This document shows, piece after piece, positions 53,801 through 64,000 of a DNA stretch of 64,000 nt. How positions within the stretch are numbered: position 1 is the first letter of the stretch; every line of letters starts with the position of its first letter. A program made the position numbers and the translations under genes. Source of the stretch: Eledone cirrhosa (lineage: Eukaryota); NCBI GenBank assembly GCA_964016885.1, contig OZ024740.1, forward strand, positions 35,154,001 through 35,218,000, read 5' to 3'. The notes under the pieces are model-generated. The model was given only the letters and a program-made list of their open reading frames with translations. It was not told where the DNA came from and did no database searches.

Positions 53801-56800
53801 CAGCTTTCTATCCCTGATATAAACACTACACCAATCTCTATACCTTTTATAAACACTACACCACTCTCTATAACTGATATTGACACTAAACGACTCTCTA
53901 TTCCTGATATAAACACTACACCACTCTCTATCCCTGATATAAACACTACACCACTCTCTATCCCTGATATAAACACTATATCACTCTCTATCCCTGATAT
54001 AAACACTACATCACTCTCTATCAATGATATTAACACTACACCACTCTTTACTCCTGATATAAACACTACAACACTCTCTTTTACTGATATATACACACAA
54101 CACCACTCTCTATCCTTGATATAAACACTACACCACTCTTTACTCCTGATATAAATTCTACACCACGCTATATCCCTGATATAAAGACCACATCACTCTC
54201 CAGCCCTGATATAAACATGACATCACTCTCTATTCCTGATATAAACACTACACCACTCTCTATCCCTGATATAAACACTACATCACTCTTTACTCCTGAT
54301 ATAAATTCTACACCACGCTATATCCCTGATATAAAGACCACATCACTCTCCAGCCCTGATATAAGCATGACATCACTCTCTATTCCTGATATAAACACTA
54401 CACCACTCTCTATTCCTGATATAAACACTACATCACACTCTATCCCTGATATAAACGCAAAACCACTCTCTATCCCTGTTATAAACACTACACCACACTA
54501 TATCCCTGATATAAACACTACACCACTCTCTACCCCTGATATAAATTCTACATCACTCCTGACTCCTGATATGAACACTACACGACTCTCTATCCCTGAT
54601 GTGAACACTACACCACTCTCTATCCATGATATAAAAACGACACCACTCTTTACTACAGATATAAACACCACACCACTCTCTATCCCAGATATAAACATTA
54701 TATCAATCTCTATCCCTGATATCAACACTACATCACTCTCTATCCCTGATATAAACACTACCTCACTCTCTATCCCTGATATAAACACTACAACACACTT
54801 CATTCCTGATATAAACACTACGCCTCTATTTATTCCTGATATAAACACTACACCACTCTTTACTCCTGGTATAAACACTACACTACTCTCTATCGCTGAT
54901 ATAAACACTACACCACTCTCTATCCCTGATATAAACACTACACCACTTTCTATCACTATATAAACACTACACTACTCTCTATTCCTGATATAAACACTAC
55001 ACCGCTCTCTATTCCTGATATAAACAGTAGATTACTCTCTATCCCTGATATATATACTACAATCCTCTTTATTCCTGATATAAACACTACACCACTCCCT
55101 ATCCCTGATATAAATACTACACCTCTCTCTATCACTGATATATACACTACACCACTCTCTATCCTTGATATAAATACTACACCACTCTCTATCCCTGATA
55201 TAAACACTATGTCACTCTCTATCCCTGATATAGACACTACACCACTCTCTATCCCTGATATAAACACTAAACCGCTCTCTATTCCTGATATAAACACTTC
55301 ATCACTCTCGATTCCTGATATAAACACTACACCACTCTTTATTCCTGATATAAACACTACAACACTCTCTATCACTGATATTGACACTAAACGACTCTCT
55401 ATCCCTGATATAGACACTACACCGCTCTCTATTCTTGATATAAACACTACACCACTCTCTATCCCTGATATAAACAGTACACCACTCTCTATCCCTAATA
55501 TAAACACTATACCGCTCTCTATCACTGATATTAACACTGCACAGCTTTCTATCCCTGATATAAACACTACACCAATCTCTATACCTTTTATAAACACTAC
55601 ACCACTCTCTATAACTGATATTGACACTAAACGACTCTCTATTCCTGATATAAACACTACACCACTCTCTATCCCTGATATAAACACTACACCACTCTCT
55701 ATCCCTGATATAAACACTATATCACTCTCTATCCCTGATATAAACACTACATCACTCTCTATCAATGATATTAACACTACACCACTCTTTACTCCTGATA
55801 TAAACACTACAACACTCTCTTTTACTGATATATACACACAACACCACTCTCTATCCTTGATATAAACACTACACCACTCTTTACTCCTGATATAAATTCT
55901 ACACCACGCTATATCCCTGATATAAAGACCACATCACTCTCCAGCCCTGATATAAACATGACATCACTCTCTATTCCTGATATAAACACTACACCACTCT
56001 CTATCCCTGATATAAACACTACATCACTCTTTACTCCTGATATAAATTCTACACCACGCTATATCCCTGATATAAAGACCACATCACTCTCCAGCCCTGA
56101 TATAAGCATGACATCACTCTCTATTCCTGATATAAACACTACACCAGTCTCTATTCCTGATATAAACACTACATCACACTCTATCCCTGATATAAACGCA
56201 AAACCACTCTCTATCCCTGTTATAAACACTACACCACACTATATCCCTGATATAAACACTACACCACTCTCTACCCCTGATATAAATTCTACATCACTCC
56301 TGACTCCTGATATGAACACTACACGACTCTCTATCCCTGATGTGAACACTACACCACTCTCTATCCATGATATAAAAACGACACCACTCTTTACTACAGA
56401 TATAAACACCACACCACTCTCTATCCCAGATATAAACATTATATCAATCTCTATCCCTGATATCAACACTACATCACTCTCTATCCCTGATATAAACACT
56501 ACATCACTCTCTATCCCTGATATAAACACTACAACACACTTCATTCCTGATATAAACACTACGCCTCTATTTATTCCTGATAAAAACACTACACCACTCT
56601 CTCTTCCTGATATAAACATAACATCACTCTTTACTCCCCTGATATTAACACTACACCATTCTCTATTCCTGATATAAACGCTACACCACTATCTATCACT
56701 GATATAAACACTACACCACTCTTTATTCCTGATATAAACACTACACCACTCCCTATCCCTGATATAAACACTATACCACTCTCTATACCTGATATAAACA

Positions 56801-59800
56801 CTACACCACTCCCTATCCCTGATATAAACACTACACCACTCTCTTTTACTGATATATACACACAGCACCACTCTCTATCTTTGATATAAACACTACATGA
56901 CTCTTTATGCCTGATATAAACACTACACCACTCTTTACTCCTGATATAACCACTACATTACTGTTTACTTCTGATATAAACACTACATCACTCTCTATCC
57001 CTGATATAAACACTACACCACTCTTTACTCCTGATATAAACACTACATCACTGTTTACTTCTGATATAAACACTACATCACTCTCTATCCCTGATATAAT
57101 CACTACACCACTCTCTATCCCTATATAAACACTACACCACTCTCTATCACTGATATAAACATTACACCACTCTCTACCCCTGATATAATCACTACACCAC
57201 TCTCTATCCCTGATATAAAGACCACACCACTCTCTATCCCTGATATAAACTTGACATCACTCTCTTTTCCTGATATAATCACTACACAACTCTCTATCCC
57301 TGATATAAACACTACATCACTCTTTACTCCTGATATAAACACTACATCACTCTTTAATCCTGATATAAACACTACATCACTCTCCATCCCTGATATAAAC
57401 ACTACACCACGCTTTACTCCTGATATAAACACTACATCACTCTTTACTCCTGATATAAACACTACAACACTCTTTTACTGATAAATACACACAACACCAC
57501 TCTCTATCCTTAATATAAACACTACACCACTCTTTACTCCTGATATAAACACTACACCACTATTTACTCCTGATATAAACACTACACCACTCTCTATCCC
57601 TGATATAAAGACCACATCTCTCTCTAACCCTGATATAAACATGACACCACTCCCAATCCCTGATATAAAAACTACACCACTCTGTATCCCTGATATAAAC
57701 ACGACCCCACTCTCTATCCCTGATATAAACAATACACCACTCTCTATTTCCTGATATAAACACTACACCACTCTCTATCCCTGATATAAACACTACACCA
57801 CTCTTTACTCCTGATATAAACACTACATCACTCTTTACTCCTGATATAAACACTACACCACTCCCTGTTACTGATATATACACACAGCACCACTCTCTAT
57901 CCTTGATATAAACACTACACCACTCTCTATTTCCTGATATAAACACTACACCACTCTCTATCCCTGATATAAACACTACACCACTCTTTACTCCTGATAT
58001 AAACACTACATAACTCTTTACTCCTGATATAAACACTACACCACTCCCTGTTACTGATATATACACACAGCACCACTCTCTATCCTTGATATGAACACTA
58101 CACCACTCTTTACTCCTGATATAAACACTACACCACTATTTACTCCTGATATAAACACTACACCACTATTTACTCCTGATATAAAGACCACAACACTCTC
58201 TAACCCTGATATAAATATGACATCACTCTCTATTCCTGATATAAGCAATACACCACTCTGTATCCATGATATAAACGCTACATCACTCTTTACTCCTGAT
58301 GTAAACACTACACCACTCTCTATTCCTGATATGAACACTACATCACTCTTTACTCCTGATGTAAACACTACACCACTCTTTGTCCTTGATATAAACACTA
58401 CCCCACTCTCTATCCCTGATATAATCACTACACCACTCTCTATCCCTGATATAAACACTACACCACACTCTATCCCTGATATAAACACTACACCCCTCTT
58501 TACTCCTGATATAAACACTACATCACTCTCTACTGCTGATATAAACACTACAACAGGCTCTTTTACTGATATATACACACAGCACCACTCTCTATCCTTG
58601 ATATAAACACTACATGGCTCTTTATGCCTGATATAAACACTACACCACTCTTTACTCCTGATATAAAAACTACACCACTCTTTACTCCTGATATAAACAA
58701 TACATCACACTTTACTCCCCTGATATAAACACTACACCACTCTCTATCCCTGATATAAACACTACACGACTCTCTATCCCTGATATAAACATTACACCAC
58801 TCTCTATCCCTGATATAAACATTACACCACTCTCTATCCCTGATATAAACTTGACATTACTCTCTTTTCCTGATATAATCACTACACAACTCTTATCCCT
58901 GATATAAACACTAAATCACTCTTTACTCCTGATATAAACACTACACCACTCTCTATTCCTGATATAAACACTACACCACTCTCTATTCTGATATAAACAC
59001 TACACGACTCTCTCTTCCTGATATAAACACTACACCACTCACTATCTTTGATATAAACACTACACCACTCTTTATTCCTGATATAAACACTACATCACTC
59101 TATATGCCTGATATAAACACTACACCGCTCTCTATTGCTGATATAAACACTATATCGTTCTTCACTCCTGATATAGACACTACACCACTCTCTATCCTGA
59201 TATAAATACTATACCGCTCTCTATCTCTGATATAAACACTACACCACTCTCTATTCCTTATATAAGTACTACATCACTCTCTATCCCTGATATAAACACT
59301 ACACCACTCTCTATCCCTGATATAATCACTACACCGCTCTCTATTCCTGACATAAACACTTCATCACTCTCCATTCCTGATATAAACACTACACCTCTCG
59401 TTACTCTTTATATAAACACTACACCACTCTTTATTTCTGATATAAACACTACACCACTCTCTATCCCTGATATAAACACTACACCACTCTCTATCCCTGA
59501 TATAAACACGACACGTCTCGTTACTCCTGATATAAACACTACACCACTCTTTATTTCTGATATAAACACTACACCACTCTCTATCCCTGATAGAAACACT
59601 ACACCGCACTCTATTCCTGATATAAACACTAAATCACTCTCTATCCCTGATATAAACGCTACACCACTCTCGATCCCTGACATAAACACTTCATCACTCT
59701 CCATTCCTGATATAAACACTACACCTCTCGTTACTCTTTATATAAACACTACACCACTCTTTATTTCTGATATAAACACTACACTACTCTCTATCCCCGA

Positions 59801-62800
59801 TATAAAAACAATACCACTCTCTATCTCTGATATAAACACTACACCACACTTTACTCCTGATATAAACACTACACCACTCTTTATTCCTGAAATAAACACT
59901 ACACCACTCACTATCCCTGATGTAAAGACTACACCACTCGTTACTCCTGATATAAACACTACACCACTCTTTATTCCTGATATAAACACTACACCACTCT
60001 TTATCCATGATATAAACGCTACACCACTCTCTATTCCTGATATAAACACTACGCCACTCACTATCCCAGATATAAACGCTACACCACTCTCTATTCCTGA
60101 TATAAACACTACACCACTCTCTATCCTAGATATATACGCTTCACCACTCTCTATTCCTTATATAAAAACCATATCACTCTTTACTCCTGATATAAACACT
60201 ACACCAATCTTTATTCCTGATATAAACAGTACACCACTCTCCATCCCTGATATAAATACTATACCGCTCTCTATCCCTGATATAAACACTACACCACTCT
60301 CTATTCCTGATATAAACACTACACCACTCTTTACTCCTGATATAAACACTACACTACTCTCTATCGCTGATATAAACACTACACCACTCTCTATCCCTGA
60401 TATAAACACTACACCACTTTCTATCACTATATAAACACTACACTACACTCTATCCCTGATATAAACACTACACTACTCTCTATTCCTGATATAAACACTA
60501 CACCGCTCTCTATTCCTGATATAAACACTAGATTACTCTCTATCCCTGATATATATACTACAATCCTCTTTATTCCTGATATAAACACTACACCACTCCC
60601 TATCCCTGATATAAATACTACACCTCTCTCTATCACTGATATATACACTACACCACTCTCTATCCTTGATATAAATACTACACCACTCTCTATCCCTGAT
60701 ATAAACACTATGTCACTCTCTATCCCTGATATAGACACTACACCACTCTCTATCCCTGATATAAACACTACACCGCTCTCTATTCCTGATATAAACACTT
60801 CATCACTCTCGATTCCTGATATAAACACTACACCACTCTTTCTTCCTGATATAAACACTACAACACTCTCTATCACTGATATTGACACTAAACGACTCTC
60901 TATCCCTGATATAGACACTACACCGCTCTCTATTCTTGATATAAACACTACACCACTCTCTATCCCTGATATAAACAGTACACCACTCTCTATGCCTAAT
61001 ATAAACACTATACCGCTCTCTATCACTGATATTAACACTGCACAGCTTTCTATCCCTGATATAAACACTACACCAATCTCTATACCTTTTATAAACACTA
61101 CACCACTCTCTATCACTGATATTGACACTAAACGACTCTCTATTCCTGATATAAACACTACACCACTCTCTATCCCTGATATAAACACTACACCACTATC
61201 TATCCCTGATATAAACACTACACCACTCTTTATTCCTGATATAAAAACTACACCACTCCCTATCCCTGATATAAACACTACACCACTATCTATCTTTGAT
61301 ATAAACAATATACCACTCTCTATACCTGATATAAACACTACACCACTCTCTATTCCTGATATAAACACTACACCACTCTCTATCCCTGATATAAACACTA
61401 CACCACTCTCTTTTACTGATATATACACACAGCACCACTCTCTATCCTTGATATAAACACTACAACACTCTTTACTCCTGATATAAACACTACACCACTC
61501 TCTATCCCTGATATAAACACTACACCACTCTCTATTCCTGATATAAACACTATATCACTCTCTAGCCCTGATATAAACACTACATCACTCTCTATCAATG
61601 ATATTAACACTACACCACTATCTATCCCTGATATAAACACTACACCACTATCTATCCCTGATATAAACACTACACCACTCTTTATTCCTGATATAAAAAC
61701 TACACCACTCCGTATCCCTGATATAAACACTACACCACTATCTATCCCTGATATAAACACTATACCACTCTCTATACCTGATATAAACACTACAACACTC
61801 TTTACTCCTGATATAAACACTACATCACTCTCTATCCCTGATATAAACATTACACCACTCTTTACTCCTGATATAAACACTACACCACTCTCTATCCCTG
61901 ATATAAACAATACACCACTCTCTATCTCTGATATAAACACTACACCACTCTCTATCACTGATATAAACACTACACCACTCTCTATCCCTTATATAAACAC
62001 TACACCACTCTCAATCCCTGATATAAACACTACACCACTCTCTATCCCTGATATAAACACTACACCACTCTCTATCCCTTATATAAACACTACACCACTC
62101 TCTATCCCTGATATAAAAACCACACCACTCTCTATCCCTGATATAAACACTACATCACTCTTTACTCCTGATATAAACACATCACTCTTAACTCCTGATA
62201 TAAACGCTACACCACTCTCTATTCCTGATATAAACACTACACCAGTGGCTATCCCTGATATAAACACTACATCATTCTCTATCCCTGATATAAACATAAC
62301 ACGACTCTCTCTTCCTGATATAAACACTACACCACTCTCTATCTTTGATATAAACACTACACCACTCTTTATTCCTGATATAAAACCTACACCACTCTTT
62401 ATTCCTGATATACACACTACATCACTCTCTATCCCTGATATAAACAATACACCGCTCTCTATTGCTGATATAAACACTATATCATTCTTTACTCCTGATA
62501 TAGACACTACACCACTCTCTATCCTGACATAAATACTATACCGCTCTCTATCTCTGATATAAACACTACACCACTCTCTATTCCTGATATAAGCACTACA
62601 TCACTCTCTATCCCTGATATAAACAATACATCACTCTCTATCCCTGATATAAACACTACAGCGCTCTCTATTCCTGACATAAACACTAGATCACTCTCTA
62701 TCCCTGACATATATACTACAATCCTCTTTATTCCTGATATAAGCACTACACCACTCTCTATCACTGATATTAACACTACACCAGTCTCTATTCCTGACAT

Positions 62801-64000
62801 AGACACTACACCAATCTCTATCCCAGATATAAACACTACACCACTCTCTATTCCTGATATAAATACTTCATCACTCTCCATTCCTGATATAAACACTACA
62901 CCTCTCGTTAATCTTTATATAAACACTACACCACTCTTTATTCCTGATATAAACACTACTCCACTCTCTATCCCTGATATAAAAACTACACCACTCTCTA
63001 TCCCTGATATAAACACTACACCGCTCTCTATACCTGATATAAACGCTACACCACTCTCGATCCCTGATATAAACACAATGTCACGCTCTAGCCCTGATAT
63101 GAACACTACACCACTCTCTATCCCCGATATAAAAACGATACCACTCTCTATCCCTGATATAAACACTACATCATTCTTTATTCCTGAAATAAACAGTACA
63201 CCATTCTCTATCCATGATGTAAAGACTACACCACTCGTTACTCCTGATATAAACACAACACCACTCTTTATTCCTGATATAAACACAACACCACTCTTTA
63301 TTCCTGATATAAACACAACACCACTCTTTATTCCTGATATAAACACAACACCACTCTTTATTCCTGATATAAACACTACACCACTCTGTATCCATGATAT
63401 AAACGCTACACCACTCTCTATTCCTGATATAAACACTACACCACTCTCTATCCCTGATATAAACGCTACACCACTCTCTATTCCTGATATAAACACTACA
63501 CCAGTGGATATCCCTGATATAAACACTACATCACTCTCTATCCCTGATATAAAGACTACACCACTCTCTATTCCTGATATAAACACTACACCACACTTTA
63601 TTCCTGATATAAACACTACATCACTCTCCCTCCCTGATATAAACACTACACCACTCTCTATCCCCGATATAAAAACGATACCACTCTCTATCTCTGATAT
63701 AAACACTACACCACTCTTTACTCCTGAAATAAATGCTACACCACTCTCCATTCCTGATATAAAGAGCACATCACTCTTTACTCCTGATATGAACACTACA
63801 CCACTCTTTTTTCCTGATATAAACACTACACCACTCTTTATCCCTGATATAAACGCTACACCACTCTCTATTCCTGATATAAACACTACACCACTCTTTA
63901 TCCCTGATATAAACGCTACCCCACTCTCTATTCCTGATATAAACACTAAACCACTCTCTATCCCTGATATAAAAGCTACACCACTCTCTATTCCTGATAT
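41855..64000. repeat. 30-bp satellite array, at least 22 kb (about 740 units), running off the window end
   Basis: Consensus TGATATAAACACTACACCACTCTCTATCCC with point variants, occasional 1-2 nt indels and higher-order duplications. Confidence 0.98.

Noticed and set aside
41855-64000. CRISPR-like regular 30-bp repeats
   Set aside because: Units are contiguous with no unique spacers, there are no cas genes, and the context is eukaryotic.

Overview
Repeat-dense, AT-rich animal genomic DNA. The SINE families and (TA)n/(CA)n density suggest a mollusc, probably an octopod cephalopod (inference). The only host gene seen is the last two coding exons of an ABCB1/MDR-type P-glycoprotein (819-965, 4189-4383, + strand). 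From about 4.4 to 41.8 kb the window is mobile-element remnants: a small ORF-decayed LTR element (Trp PBS, TACT TSD), two decayed Penelope-like retroelements (RT + GIY-YIG), fragments of RTE, CRE and Vingi-like LINEs, a Chapaev3-like transposase relic, piggyBac-type MITEs, two tRNA-like SINE families and minisatellites. From 41855 to the window end is a 30-bp satellite with nested higher-order duplications. Most ORFs in the supplied track are microsatellite or satellite artefacts. The most interesting signals are: (1) about ten minimal type-I hammerhead ribozyme motifs from about five sequence families, many in fold-back fragments inserted in microsatellites; (2) two divergent ORF-less partial-tandem elements (periods 557 and 560 bp) sharing colinear conserved motifs; (3) an orphan histone-type 3' stem-loop; (4) nested inverted repeats in the ABCB last intron. 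Everything was read by eye with no database search or folding software, so element boundaries are approximate unless a TSD or splice site is given.
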